From: Acidobacteriota bacterium
GTDB lineage: Bacteria; Acidobacteriota; Terriglobia; Bryobacterales; UBA6623
Assembly: GCA_027624045.1 (NCBI GenBank)
Contig: JAQBUE010000003.1
Coordinates: 1-60,835 of the forward strand
DNA: 60,835 nucleotides
Direction: 5' to 3'
Part shown: piece after piece, positions 45,597 to 55,749 of the stretch
Position numbering within the stretch: position 1 is the first letter of the stretch
Layout: each line of letters begins with the position of its first letter
The notes under the pieces: model-generated
Told to the model about the DNA's origin: nothing
Seen by the model: only the letters and a program-made list of their open reading frames with translations
Databases searched by the model: none
Program-made: the position numbers and the translations under genes

Positions 45597-47177
45597 GTGA
45601 CTCACTTGAATCAGACAATAAAGTCCACTTTGAGCCGGCGCGACTGGATTCGAATCGGTGGGACAGCGGCGTTTGCGCCCCTTGTCACTTCCATGACGGG
45701 CGCCGCCGCCGCCACCCTGCCGACGCGCGGGCAAGGGCCTGATGTCTACTCGCGGATCGGGGTGCGGCCTTTCATCAGCTGCACCGCCACGACCACGATC
45801 AACGGTGGCTCGTCGCAGCGGCCCGAGGTGCTGGACGCGATCTTCCGAGCCGGCCACTATCACGTCAACCTCGATGAGCTGATGGCCAAAGTGGGCCCGC
45901 GTATCGCCGAGCTGCTGCATGTAGAAGCCGCCATGGTGAGCTCGGGCGCGGCGGGGGCGGTCACTTGCGGCACGCTGGCGTGCGTGGCCGGCGGCGACCC
46001 GGAGAAGATCCAGCAATTGCCCAATACCACCGGCCTGAGGGATGAAGTCATCGTTCCCCGTTGGTCGCGCAGCATCTACGATCACGCCGTGCGGTCGACG
46101 GGCGCGAAGATGATTGAGGTCGAGACCCTGGCCGATCTCGAAAAGGCGTTCGGGCCGAAGACCGTGATGGCGACGGCGCAATCGAGCATCCTGTGGGAGA
46201 ACGGGCCGTTCTCGCTCAAGCAATTCGTCGCGGCGGCACACAAGCGAAATATTCCTGTCCTGATTGATGATGCCGGCGCGTTGCCCGTGCCGCCCCACCC
46301 GGTGCTGTCGCACGGCGTCGACCTGTGCGCCCACAGCGGGGGCAAAGTGATGCGGGGGCCGCAGAGCGCTGGGCTGCTGTTGGGCCGCAAAGATTTGATT
46401 GCCGCGGCCTTTATCAACAGCGCGCCGCATCACGCCTTCGCGCGCGCCATGAAGGTCACCAAGGAAGAGATCATGGGCATGCTCGCGGCGGTCGAGTACC
46501 TCGTGACCAAGCGCGACCCCGCCGGCGAAGAGCGTGAGTGGATGAGCTGGTACGGCCACATCAAAGACCGCGTTTCCGAAGTCCCCGGCGTGTCGGGCAA
46601 GATTGAAGACTTTGCGTGGAAGCGGTTCGGCTATCACCCGCGCCTGGTCGTGCAGTGGGATCCCGCCAAAATCGGTCTGACAGCCGGCGATGTCGAACAG
46701 CTGCTGCTTGACGGCGAACCGCGCATTCGCATACCGCCCTCCGGCGCGGGACACTCGTTCGTCATTCGCGGCGCCGCCATGTATGAGGGTGAGCATAAGC
46801 TCGTGGCGGACCGGCTGGTTGAGATCTTCCGCGGCGCGCCCGCGCCCAAGGCCAAGCGGAAACCCGCGCCGGCGGTCTCGGATGTGAGCGGGCATTGGGA
46901 GGTCGAACTGGAGTTTGTGGTGGGCTCGGCCCAGCATGAGTTTCAGTTGGATGTCGAGGGGAACCGCCTGAGCGGGATCCATGTCGGCCGCACGACGCAC
47001 GGCTCGGTCGAAGGAACCATCGATGGAGCCGAGGTGCGCTTTCGATCATCGGCCCCGTACGAAGGCACGTCGATCGGCTACCGCTTTGATGGGACGATCA
47101 AGGGCGGCGAGATGGCCGGCCAGGTCGATCTCGGCGAGTATGGGACAGGGCAGTGGAAGGCGCGGCGGCGCGGCTAG
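45597..47177 (+). CDS. Tat-signal SelA-like PLP-dependent enzyme with an extra ~100-aa C-terminal beta-rich domain
   Basis: GTG start. Tat-like motif LSRRDWIRIGGTAAFA. The PLP-lysine block is HSGGKVMRGPQSAGLL. It is colinear with 33780..35084. The C-terminal extension is SGHWEVELEFVVG...GTGQWKARR. Confidence 0.75.
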   Translation: MTHLNQTIKSTLSRRDWIRIGGTAAFAPLVTSMTGAAAATLPTRGQGPDVYSRIGVRPFISCTATTTINGGSSQRPEVLDAIFRAGHYHVNLDELMAKVGPRIAELLHVEAAMVSSGAAGAVTCGTLACVAGGDPEKIQQLPNTTGLRDEVIVPRWSRSIYDHAVRSTGAKMIEVETLADLEKAFGPKTVMATAQSSILWENGPFSLKQFVAAAHKRNIPVLIDDAGALPVPPHPVLSHGVDLCAHSGGKVMRGPQSAGLLLGRKDLIAAAFINSAPHHAFARAMKVTKEEIMGMLAAVEYLVTKRDPAGEEREWMSWYGHIKDRVSEVPGVSGKIEDFAWKRFGYHPRLVVQWDPAKIGLTAGDVEQLLLDGEPRIRIPPSGAGHSFVIRGAAMYEGEHKLVADRLVEIFRGAPAPKAKRKPAPAVSDVSGHWEVELEFVVGSAQHEFQLDVEGNRLSGIHVGRTTHGSVEGTIDGAEVRFRSSAPYEGTSIGYRFDGTIKGGEMAGQVDLGEYGTGQWKARRRG

Positions 47178-47364
47178 CCTCAATATTGTTCTTTGGGGGC
47201 GGAACACCTTGAGGCGCCAACCCCCTGTGGAGCCGCGGGCACGGTATGCCATACCCTGGGCTCCTCTGGGGCCGACAGCGCAATGCGCTTTCTGTGCGCA
47301 CCCACCCAGCCCTGTCTTGCGGCCCTCAAGGGTGCATGTTAGCTTCAAAGTTCGTCCCTCCTGA

Positions 47365-49647
47365 ATGGCACTTTCCTCCCCACGGTTGAGAGCCGGCCCG
47401 CTCGCCGCTGTTGTCGTACTTATCGCCCTGCATTCGGCGCTGCCGTTGGGCGCGCAACCCGATCCCGCCTTCGAGCCACGGCCCGGCGATACCCGCACAC
47501 AGGCTGACTATCAGGAACAACACGGCGACATCAAGTTCCTCAAAGGCCGCGTCGAAATCGTCACGGATGAGTTCGTCATCACGGCAAGCGAGGCGAACTA
47601 CAACGAAGCCAGTGGGGATGTCGAAGCACACGGCAACGTCCGCTACCGCCACCTCACCCGCCAGGAAGATCTCTACGCCGAGAAGCTCTCCTATAACGCT
47701 CAATCCGAAACCGGAACCTTCTATCAAGTTCACGGCATCGTCGAATCCGCAAGCCAGGGCGGCCCGCGTCTGCTCTCGACCGATAACCCCTTCTACCTCG
47801 AGGGCGCCATCGTCTACAAGGCCGCCGGCCACTACACCGTTCACGACGGCTTCGTCACCAACTGCGAGATCGACAACCCTTGGTGGACAATGCGGTCACC
47901 CAACACCACCATCGTTCCCGGCGAGCATGCCACCATCCGGCGCGGCGTCTTTCGGCTGCGAGGGGTTCCGCTGTTCTATTTCCCGTACTTCAGGAAATCG
48001 CTCAAGCGCCTGCCGCGGCAAAGCGGTTTCCTGACGCCCAATATTGGCCACAGCTCGCGATTCGGTTTCGTGCTCGGCCAGTCCTACTACTGGGCGATCA
48101 ACCGCAGCTACGACGCCACCATCGGAGGCACTTGGCTCAGCGACAGGGGCTCGGCAAGCCGGGTCACCCTTCGCGGACGCCCCACGAAAAACAGCTTCTT
48201 TCATTCCACCTTTTTCGGCGTCAACGATCGCGGTTTCCAGCAGCGGGACGGCAGCCGGGTCAAACAAGGCGGCGGCACCTTCCAGCTGGAAGGCGGCGGC
48301 ACCATACCGGGCGGCTTCCGCGGCATTGCCCAGATCAACTACCTCAGCTCGCTCGAATTCCGGCAGGCTTTCACACAGACATTCGACGAGGCTGTAATTT
48401 CCCAGGTGAAATCGATCGGCTTCATCTCGAAAGACATTTCCACGTTCAGCATAAACGTCTCGGCCGTACGGCACGAAAACTTCCAGACGGTTCAGAAGGA
48501 CGACAAGATTATTCTGCGCAAACTCCCCAGCCTGGAGTTCAACAGCCGCGACCGGCAACTCTTCGACGGGCCCATTCCCCTGTGGTTCAGCCTCGACAGC
48601 TCCTTCGGACTCGTCAGCCGCACACAGCCCACTTTTCAGACGCGCCGTTTCGTGCAACGCGGCGACATCTTCCCGCGCCTGACGTCGAGCTTCCGCTTCG
48701 CCGAGTTCCAGTTCACGCCCACCTTCGGCTTCCGCCAAACTTCGTACGGGCAGCGTCGTGAAGAAGGCTCGTTGCAAGGTGTGAACCTTCACCGCGGCAG
48801 CCGCGAATTCTCGCTCGACATCGCCCCGCCTTCGTTCCAGCGCATCTTCGAAGGACCGAAATGGCTTGGCGCCCGCGTCAAGCACGTCATCGAGCCGCGT
48901 ATCCGCTACCGCTTCGTCGACGGCATCGATAACTTCGACAAAGTGATCCGCTTCGATGAACGTGATCTGCTCACCAACACCAACGAAGCCGACATCTCGA
49001 TCACCAACCGGCTCTACGCCAAAGACGCCACAACCGGCGCTGTCCGCGAGGTGGCGAGCCTCGAAGTCTGGCAGCGGCGTTATTTCGACCGCGACTTCGG
49101 GGGTGCGCTCGTTCCCGGTCAGCGAAACGTCTTCAGCTCGACCATCGACGTTACGCCCTTCGCTTTCCTCGACCAATCCCGCTCCGCCTCACCCATCGTC
49201 ACATCGTTCCGTGTGATGCCGAACTGGCGTACTTTTCTAGGCTGGCGCTACGACTACGACCAACTGCGCGGCAAGATCGTCAACAGCAGCGTCGACTCCG
49301 GCTGGCGGATCAACAATCTGTGGAGCGTCGAAGCCGGCCATCACGCCGTCCGCACCCCCAGCACGCTCTCAGCGCCGAGCAACCAGCTCTCAACGCTCGT
49401 GCGGCTCGGCGACTTCAACCGCCGCGGCTGGAACGTGGCCCTGCGTACCAACTACGACTATCGCCAAACCATCTTCATCTACAACGCCACCCAGGCCACC
49501 TACAACACCGACTGCTGCGGCTTCAGCTTCGAGTGGCGCCGCTTCGCCATCGGCCAGACGCGCAACGAGAATCAGTTTCGAGTCGCTCTCTCGATCGCCA
49601 ACGTTGGTTCCTTCGGCACGCTCAGCCCCCGCGAAAGAATGTTCTAG
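47365..49647 (+). CDS. lptD: LPS-assembly outer membrane protein LptD
   Basis: Signal peptide, OstA-like N-terminal domain (GDIKFLKGRVEIVTDEFVITASEANYNEASGDVEAHGNVRY), then a ~600-aa beta-barrel-type sequence. Confidence 0.85.
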   Translation: MALSSPRLRAGPLAAVVVLIALHSALPLGAQPDPAFEPRPGDTRTQADYQEQHGDIKFLKGRVEIVTDEFVITASEANYNEASGDVEAHGNVRYRHLTRQEDLYAEKLSYNAQSETGTFYQVHGIVESASQGGPRLLSTDNPFYLEGAIVYKAAGHYTVHDGFVTNCEIDNPWWTMRSPNTTIVPGEHATIRRGVFRLRGVPLFYFPYFRKSLKRLPRQSGFLTPNIGHSSRFGFVLGQSYYWAINRSYDATIGGTWLSDRGSASRVTLRGRPTKNSFFHSTFFGVNDRGFQQRDGSRVKQGGGTFQLEGGGTIPGGFRGIAQINYLSSLEFRQAFTQTFDEAVISQVKSIGFISKDISTFSINVSAVRHENFQTVQKDDKIILRKLPSLEFNSRDRQLFDGPIPLWFSLDSSFGLVSRTQPTFQTRRFVQRGDIFPRLTSSFRFAEFQFTPTFGFRQTSYGQRREEGSLQGVNLHRGSREFSLDIAPPSFQRIFEGPKWLGARVKHVIEPRIRYRFVDGIDNFDKVIRFDERDLLTNTNEADISITNRLYAKDATTGAVREVASLEVWQRRYFDRDFGGALVPGQRNVFSSTIDVTPFAFLDQSRSASPIVTSFRVMPNWRTFLGWRYDYDQLRGKIVNSSVDSGWRINNLWSVEAGHHAVRTPSTLSAPSNQLSTLVRLGDFNRRGWNVALRTNYDYRQTIFIYNATQATYNTDCCGFSFEWRRFAIGQTRNENQFRVALSIANVGSFGTLSPRERMF

Positions 49648-49654
49648 CCCGCCA

Positions 49655-50704
49655 TCACTTCAACGCCAACATCACGTCCACCGGCTTGCCTGTTCGCCTG
49701 ACTTCCAATTCCCGGAATCCCGCTGCCTTCACCAAAACCTCATACTCTGAAGCCGTACGCTCGCGCCCTTCCGTACAAACCAGCATGTTCAACGACTGCA
49801 AATAGGCCGTCGCCGGGCCGTCTCGCTCTTCATTCAGCAACTTCTCGCAGATCAGCAGCGCCCCATCCTCGGGCAAGCTCGCGTGAACCTTGCACAGCAG
49901 TTGAATGATGCTTGCGTCAGCCCAGTCATGCAGAATCCGCCCTACCGCATAAAGGTCCGCCGGCGGCAGCTCATCCGTGAAGAAATCGCCCGCGAGAACT
50001 TCGATGTGGTCCTCCAGACCTGCTGCCAGCACATACTCTTCGGCCAGCGGTTGAACCGAGGGCAAATCGAAAACGACACCCCGCAACTTCGGGTATCGCC
50101 GGCAGGCTTCGGTCACCAAATGCCCCGTCCCGCCGCCCAGATCCACCATCCGCTTAAAGCGGCTCAGATCGAATGCCGCTACTGTCGCCGGCGAGCTCAG
50201 CAGCCCCGCGCCATGCATCCCGGCCAGGAACCGGCGTTTGTCGTCGTCCGTCGCGAAGAAGTGGTCAAACAAATTCTCCTTGCCTCCGAACTCTTGCTCC
50301 CAGCGGTTCGTCCCCTCGCGAACCGCGTCTTCCAGCCTGCCCCACAGACGGTACAAAACGCGGTCCGAGTAGAGCACATAGCCGCCCAGCGTCTCCGGGC
50401 TCTCCAATCGCAGAAACCGGTCCGCCGGCGGCAGGTTCGAGTAAAGGCCGCCCTGCAACGTCAATAGTCCTTTCGCCACACAGACCCCCAACAGCCGTTC
50501 CAGGGCGTGCTCGGCAACCTTCAGCTCGTTGGCGAGCTGTGCAACGCTGGCCGGCCTCTCATACAGGCGGTCGAAAACACCGAGCGAAACCGCGGTGAAC
50601 GCCGCCTTCGAAGCTCGGAACCCATCGAGCAATTCGAAGATCAGTTGGGCGTCATCGGGTGCCTCGACATCGGCATCAGAAGAAGTTGCATCATGAGAAG
50701 TCAT
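49655..50704 (-). CDS. Class I SAM-dependent O-methyltransferase (Methyltransf_2 / COMT-ASMT-like, with an N-terminal dimerisation domain)
   Basis: MVDLGGGTGHL motif I, with VVFDLP and GDFF downstream. Size is 349 aa. Confidence 0.8.
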   Translation of the reverse strand: MTSHDATSSDADVEAPDDAQLIFELLDGFRASKAAFTAVSLGVFDRLYERPASVAQLANELKVAEHALERLLGVCVAKGLLTLQGGLYSNLPPADRFLRLESPETLGGYVLYSDRVLYRLWGRLEDAVREGTNRWEQEFGGKENLFDHFFATDDDKRRFLAGMHGAGLLSSPATVAAFDLSRFKRMVDLGGGTGHLVTEACRRYPKLRGVVFDLPSVQPLAEEYVLAAGLEDHIEVLAGDFFTDELPPADLYAVGRILHDWADASIIQLLCKVHASLPEDGALLICEKLLNEERDGPATAYLQSLNMLVCTEGRERTASEYEVLVKAAGFRELEVRRTGKPVDVMLALK

Positions 50705-50821
50705 CGCTCCTATTATTTACCCTGAAAAGACCGCTCTGTGTGACCCTGCACCAACCCGGTTTGCAACAACCCGCCCGTTTCGCGATCCTAATTCTTTAGG
50801 GATCTCCAGAGAAGACCTAAT

Positions 50822-51340
50822 ATGGGTGCGGGCAGCGTCAGCGAACACAGACAAAAGGCTCAGGACAGGGGACCGGTCTCGGTCGCGCTGATCACCGTCA
50901 GCGATACACGCACCGCAGAGACCGATGTCAACGGCAGCTACCTCCGTGAGCAGCTCACCGCCGCCGGCCACGCCGTCCATTCCTCCCGCATCGTTCGCGA
51001 CGAGCCCGCCGAGATCAGCGCCATACTCGATGAGCTGACAACCGACTCCAGCGTGCACGTGCTCTTGTTCAATGGCGGCACGGGCCTTTCCCGCCGCGAC
51101 CGCACCTTCGACGTCATTAGCGGTCGTCTCGATAAGACTCTGCCGGGCTTCGGCGAGATCTTCCGCATGCTGAGCTACGAACAAGTCGGCGCCGCCGCCA
51201 TGCTTTCGCGAGCGACGGCCGGTGCTTGCCAAGGCAAGGTCGTTTTCTCCACTCCCGGCTCACCCGCCGCCGTGCGTCTCGCCTGGGAAAAGCTCATCGC
51301 GCCCGAACTGAACCACATTACCTGGGAACTGGTTCGCTGA
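50822..51340 (+). CDS. moaB: Molybdenum cofactor biosynthesis protein B (MoaB/MogA family)
   Basis: [11 protein letters not shown]..., [18 protein letters not shown] and [24 protein letters not shown] are present. Confidence 0.88.
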   Translation: MGAGSVSEHRQKAQDRGPVSVALITVSDTRTAETDVNGSYLREQLTAAGHAVHSSRIVRDEPAEISAILDELTTDSSVHVLLFNGGTGLSRRDRTFDVISGRLDKTLPGFGEIFRMLSYEQVGAAAMLSRATAGACQGKVVFSTPGSPAAVRLAWEKLIAPELNHITWELVR

Positions 51341-51375
51341 GCCGTCCCTTGCACCAACCGAGGTTTCACAGACTC

Positions 51376-52437
51376 ATGATTCAAGCTTCCACCCGGTTTC
51401 TACGCCGCTGCTGCGCCATCGGCCTTTTTCTCGCGTTCACGGTTCCCGGTTTGCGCGGCCTTGACACGGTCATCCTCACCAACGGCGACCGGCTGACGGG
51501 CGAACTCGAAAAACTCGAAGAGGGCAAGCTGTCGTTCAAGACCCCTTATGCCGGCGTCATCAGCATCGATTGGCAGCAGGTTCAGGAACTCATTACCGTG
51601 GACAAAGCTGAAATCGAAGTTGGGACCGGTCGTCTATACCGCGGCAGCTTCGGGAAGACGGACCAGGGTCTCGAGCTCGTGACCGAGGATGAACAGATTC
51701 TCACGGTCGACATACCAGACGTTGTGCGCATCACCTCCTACGACGACGGCGCACCGCCGGGTTTCTTCGACATCCTCGAAGGCGCGATCGACGTCGGTTT
51801 CAATTTCAACCGCGGTAACTCGCGCCTGAACTCGTCCTCGCTCGGGCTGCGGGGCAAGTATCGCCGTGCCGGCTATGAACTATCCGGTAGTGCGACCTCG
51901 CTGTTCAGTCGGCAGGATGAGGCCGAGCCGACAAGCCGCCAGACCGCCGATGCGCGCTATGACCGCTTCCTCAGCCCCCGTCAGTTTGCCTTCGGGTTGG
52001 TCGGCCTGGAACGCAATGACCGCCAGCAGTTGAATCTCAGATCGAGAATGGGCGGCGGTTATGGATACAAGGTTAAGAACAGCAAGGATACCGAGCTCTC
52101 CCTGCTTGGCGGTTTCACATACATCAACGAGCAATTCCAAGAGGATCTGGGCGCTCCGCCCAACGGCGGCACAAGCAGCGGTGAAGCGCTGGCCGGCATC
52201 GACTATCGCACGATTCTGCTCAAGGGGATCGGCGTTACTACCAAGTTTTCCTTTCTGCCCAATCTCGTACAGAACGGGCGCTACCGGATCGAGTACGACA
52301 GTACGGCGCGGATTCTCTTGATCGGCGGCTTCAACTGGAGTCTCACGCTTTTCGACCGCTTTGACAGCGCCCCGCCGCGCGAAGACGTGCAACGCAATGA
52401 CTATGGCGTGGTCACCGCGGTTGGCTATGCCTTCTAG
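51376..52437 (+). CDS. Outer-membrane DUF481 (YdiY-like) beta-barrel protein
   Basis: ATG at 51376 with a signal peptide. The body has an alternating beta-strand pattern, and the C-terminus ends AVGYAF, typical of OMPs. The ORF-track start at 51226 overlaps moaB. Confidence 0.6.
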   Translation: MIQASTRFLRRCCAIGLFLAFTVPGLRGLDTVILTNGDRLTGELEKLEEGKLSFKTPYAGVISIDWQQVQELITVDKAEIEVGTGRLYRGSFGKTDQGLELVTEDEQILTVDIPDVVRITSYDDGAPPGFFDILEGAIDVGFNFNRGNSRLNSSSLGLRGKYRRAGYELSGSATSLFSRQDEAEPTSRQTADARYDRFLSPRQFAFGLVGLERNDRQQLNLRSRMGGGYGYKVKNSKDTELSLLGGFTYINEQFQEDLGAPPNGGTSSGEALAGIDYRTILLKGIGVTTKFSFLPNLVQNGRYRIEYDSTARILLIGGFNWSLTLFDRFDSAPPREDVQRNDYGVVTAVGYAF

Positions 52438-52500
52438 CCCAAAGGCTGGATGTGGTGGATTACGGCCGCTTGCGGTGGAATTCGGCCTCCGATCATTGGC

Positions 52501-52508
52501 TGTAGAAT
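52501..52508 (+). promoter_or_regulatory. Extended -10-like element (TGTAGAAT) upstream of the TPR gene
   Basis: TGnTAGAAT lies 90 nt upstream of ATG 52598. There is no good -35. Confidence 0.25.
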
Positions 52509-52597
52509 AGAGTTGGGCACGCTAAGTGTCTTTGTTATCAACCCATCAACCGTTGGGTCCGCGCGTGCAACCGATTTTCCCGGGTGAGAGATGCCTT

Positions 52598-53629
52598 ATG
52601 CCGATTCAAGGTGGTAGCTGCCGTCGCCTGAGCGGCGCGATCCTTATTGCGCTTCTAGCGGCGAGTTCCGCGGTAGCACAGAGGAGCACAGCTAGCAGTA
52701 GCTCGTCGAGCGTCGGTCGCACGAGCGCGGGTAGTAGCGGAGGTTCGACGCCCACTGTGCGGGCCGCCACTTCCAGCCCATCCTCGACCTCCGGGGGAGG
52801 CTCGAACCGTTCCTACACGCCCTATCAGCGCTCGTACAACTCGTATCAACTCCACCAGCAAAGGCAACAGTTCCTCTACGGCTATGGTTACGGGCTCAAC
52901 CCCTACGGCACACGCTGGACTCGCAGCTACGTCCCACGGCTTTCGGGAGACACAAAGCCCTCCTTTGTCAGCCTCACAACGTTAGCCGCGCCTAAGGCAG
53001 CCCGGAAAGCCTACAAGAAGGCCGAAAAGCAGATCAACACGGCTGAGCCCAACTTGGACTTGGCCGCGCAACACCTTCAGAAGGCAATCTCCATCTACCC
53101 GGAGTACGCCGCTGCTTGGACTCTTCTGGGCCGAGTGCAGCATCGCGCCGGTGATCCCGGCAGCGCCGCTCAGTCTCTCGAAAGGGCCATCGAGATCGAT
53201 CCCAAGTATCTCGCGGCATACGAGCCGCTGGCCAGCCTGGCCGTCGAACAGAAACGCTGGGACGATCTGCTCCGCCTCTCGGACCAGATGCTGCGCATCA
53301 ACCCGGTCTTCGCGCTCGGCCACTACTACAAAGGGGGCGCCCTCATCCAAAAAGGAGACCGCACCGGCGCTGAGAAGGCCCTGCAGGCAGCCCTGACCAC
53401 GCCCGACGCGGCATTGTTTCCCGAGTCCCACTACGTGCTCGCGGAACTCTACCGCACCCAGAACGAAGTCGAGCTCGCCGCCCGCGAATACCGCCTCTAC
53501 ACGGCATCCCCGCCACGCAGCGCCAGTTGGGAACAGGCGCAGCGCCGTCTGCAACAGTGGGAAGACAGCGGCATCATCGAACCCCAGTCCGCTAAGAAGA
53601 AACGAAAGAAGCCGACGGAATCCCGTTAA
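52598..53629 (+). CDS. Secreted TPR-repeat protein with a Ser/Gln-rich low-complexity N-terminal region
   Basis: Signal peptide ILIALLAASSAVAQ. A Ser-rich tract (STASSSSSSVGRTSAGSSGGS) is present. TPR units include AWTLLGRVQHRAGDPGSAAQSLERAIEIDPKY. Confidence 0.75.
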   Translation: MPIQGGSCRRLSGAILIALLAASSAVAQRSTASSSSSSVGRTSAGSSGGSTPTVRAATSSPSSTSGGGSNRSYTPYQRSYNSYQLHQQRQQFLYGYGYGLNPYGTRWTRSYVPRLSGDTKPSFVSLTTLAAPKAARKAYKKAEKQINTAEPNLDLAAQHLQKAISIYPEYAAAWTLLGRVQHRAGDPGSAAQSLERAIEIDPKYLAAYEPLASLAVEQKRWDDLLRLSDQMLRINPVFALGHYYKGGALIQKGDRTGAEKALQAALTTPDAALFPESHYVLAELYRTQNEVELAAREYRLYTASPPRSASWEQAQRRLQQWEDSGIIEPQSAKKKRKKPTESR

Positions 53630-53698
53630 CCGAAATACCCGCGTCGGGGAAACACGAGCCTTCGTCCCTTACGATGCTTGCCCTCCGATAGACTGGGT

Positions 53699-55351
53699 AT
53701 GCGCTCCTGGTCCAACGGCATGGCGACAGCTCCCCAACGCCCACCTTCATTCAAGAAAGAAAGCGAACCCGATCGCACCCGAACTCTCTCCGCCACGCCC
53801 GTCAAGAAGGTCTACACCGGGGACGACATCGCCGATCTCGACCCTGCCGCTGACCTCGCTGAAGCCGGCGGCTTTCCCTACACCCGCGGCATCCATGCCG
53901 ACATGTACCGCGGCAAGCTCTGGACGATGCGGCAGTTCTCCGGCTTCGCCACGCCCGAGGAAACCAATCGCCGCTACCGCTATCTGCTCGACCATGGACA
54001 GACCGGGCTCTCCGTAGCTTTCGATTTGCCCACCCTCATGGGCTACGACGCCGATGATCCTTTGTCCGCCGGAGAAGTAGGCAAGTGTGGCGTCGCGATT
54101 TCAAGCCTCGCTGATATGGAGGAGTTGTTCGACGGTATCCCGCTCGCCGAGGTCACAACGTCGATGACAATCACGTCCTCGGCGGCGATTCTGTGGGCGA
54201 TGTATTTGGTCGTAGCCGAGAAGCAGGGCGCGGACTGGAAGCGCATCTCGGGCACGATTCAGAACGACATCCTCAAGGAATACATGGCGCAGAAGGAGTA
54301 CATTTACCCGCCGCGCCCCTCCATGCGGCTGGTGGTCGATACGCTCGAGTTCGGCACCGAGCACACCCCGAAGTTCAACCCGATTTCCATCAGCGGCTAT
54401 CACATCCGCGAGGCCGGAGCGACGGCTCTGCAGGAGCTGGTCTTCACCCTCGGTGCCGGCGTCGAATACGTAAAGTGGGCCGTCGAGCGCGGCTTGGACA
54501 TCGATCTCTTCGCTCCGCGGCTGAGCTTTTTCTTCGACGTGCATAGTGACTTCTTCGAAGAGATCGCCAAGTTCCGGGCGGCTCGCAAGATCTGGGCGAA
54601 GCTGATGCGCGACCGCTTCGGTGCGAAGAACGAGCGCTCGTGGAAACTACGCTTCCATGCGCAGACGGCAGGCGTATCGTTAACGGCTCAACAGCCGAAG
54701 GTAAACCTCGTCCGCACCGCCATTCAGGCCATGGCCGCCGTGCTGGGCGGTGCGCAATCGCTCCACACCAATTCGCTCGATGAGGCCTATGCATTGCCGA
54801 CCGAAGAAGCTGTGCTGCTGGCGCTGAGGACTCAACAGGTTCTTGCTCATGAAACCGGCGTGACCGACGCGCCCGATCCGTTCGGCGGAAGCTACTTTCT
54901 CGAACGGCTCACTCTCGACCTAGAAAAGGGTTTCTACACGGAACTACAGAAAATCGAAGCGATGGGCGGCATGGTGGCGGCGGTCGAGGACGGCTATCCG
55001 CAAACCGAAATCGCCCGGTCGAGCTATGAGTTCCAAAAATCAGTCGAAGCTGGCCGCCGCCGAATCGTCGGTGTGAATGCCTACGTCGAGGAAGAGCACG
55101 AGCCCATTCCGACGCTCTCCATCGATCGTTCCGTCGGCGAAAAACAATGCGCGAAGCTCACCCAGCTGCGCCGCGACCGTGACAACCCGGCCGTCGATGA
55201 AGCCCTATCGAAGCTCCGCGAAGCCGCTCAAGGCGACGCCAACCTGATGCCTCCTATCTTGGAGGCCGTCCGCGCCTACGCCACCTTGGGTGAAATGTGC
55301 ACCGTGCTGCGGGGTGTGTTCGGTTCCTACACCGAGCAGAGCGCTGTCTAG
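53699..55351 (+). CDS. Adenosylcobalamin-dependent acyl-CoA mutase large (substrate-binding TIM-barrel) subunit, with an isobutyryl-CoA mutase-like signature
   Basis: Homologous to MCM/ICM throughout ([72 protein letters not shown]). It has Phe and Gln where MCM has Tyr89 and Arg207. There is no B12 domain in this ORF. Confidence 0.85.
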   Translation: MRSWSNGMATAPQRPPSFKKESEPDRTRTLSATPVKKVYTGDDIADLDPAADLAEAGGFPYTRGIHADMYRGKLWTMRQFSGFATPEETNRRYRYLLDHGQTGLSVAFDLPTLMGYDADDPLSAGEVGKCGVAISSLADMEELFDGIPLAEVTTSMTITSSAAILWAMYLVVAEKQGADWKRISGTIQNDILKEYMAQKEYIYPPRPSMRLVVDTLEFGTEHTPKFNPISISGYHIREAGATALQELVFTLGAGVEYVKWAVERGLDIDLFAPRLSFFFDVHSDFFEEIAKFRAARKIWAKLMRDRFGAKNERSWKLRFHAQTAGVSLTAQQPKVNLVRTAIQAMAAVLGGAQSLHTNSLDEAYALPTEEAVLLALRTQQVLAHETGVTDAPDPFGGSYFLERLTLDLEKGFYTELQKIEAMGGMVAAVEDGYPQTEIARSSYEFQKSVEAGRRRIVGVNAYVEEEHEPIPTLSIDRSVGEKQCAKLTQLRRDRDNPAVDEALSKLREAAQGDANLMPPILEAVRAYATLGEMCTVLRGVFGSYTEQSAV

Positions 55352-55369
55352 CCTAAGCCTAGCCCTGAG

Positions 55370-55639
55370 CTAGCGCTCCAACACCTTGCGGCAAATGAAA
55401 CTGTCGCCCTCTGGACGGATAAAACCCCGCAAGCTGGTGTCATCGATGGCAACGAGTACGTGAACATATTCCTCGGTGTCTTCTAGGAGCACAACCTCAA
55501 CCTGGTAGGTCTTTGAATCGAACTCGACTTCGTACGCCTGCAGCTCGCCTAACTCGGCAATCAACTGCTCGCAGGATTTGGCGGACCAACACTCCATTTC
55601 GGAGGCCAGAACCTTCCGCCACTCCTCACGCCGACTCAT
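55370..55639 (-). CDS. Small acidic hypothetical protein (89 aa)
   Basis: This is the only ORF filling the gap. It has an ATG start, a coherent non-repetitive sequence, and visibly lower GC than its flanks. I recognise no family. Confidence 0.5.
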   Translation of the reverse strand: MSRREEWRKVLASEMECWSAKSCEQLIAELGELQAYEVEFDSKTYQVEVVLLEDTEEYVHVLVAIDDTSLRGFIRPEGDSFICRKVLER

Positions 55640-55749
55640 GCTCGTAGAGTAGCGCCTGATGCGGTGCCTTCAGGAAGGCGCGCACGCCACGAAATTATTG
55701 GTCCAGAATGTGTCCTCACAGGCCCAATCCCCATGCCATACTAACCCCC

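Noticed and set aside
45513-47000. Upstream 496 codons of the 826-aa minus-strand ORF 44520..47000
   Set aside because: This part is antisense to the well-supported SelA-like gene 45597..47177. Its sequence is low-complexity and Arg/Gly/Ala/Pro-rich, typical of stop-free antisense frames in GC-rich DNA. A convincing Tat-lipoprotein start (MNRRRF) exists at 45512.
47896-49176. 426-aa minus-strand ORF inside lptD
   Set aside because: It is antisense to lptD, Arg/Ala/Glu-rich with no recognisable domain. This is a GC-rich antisense artefact.
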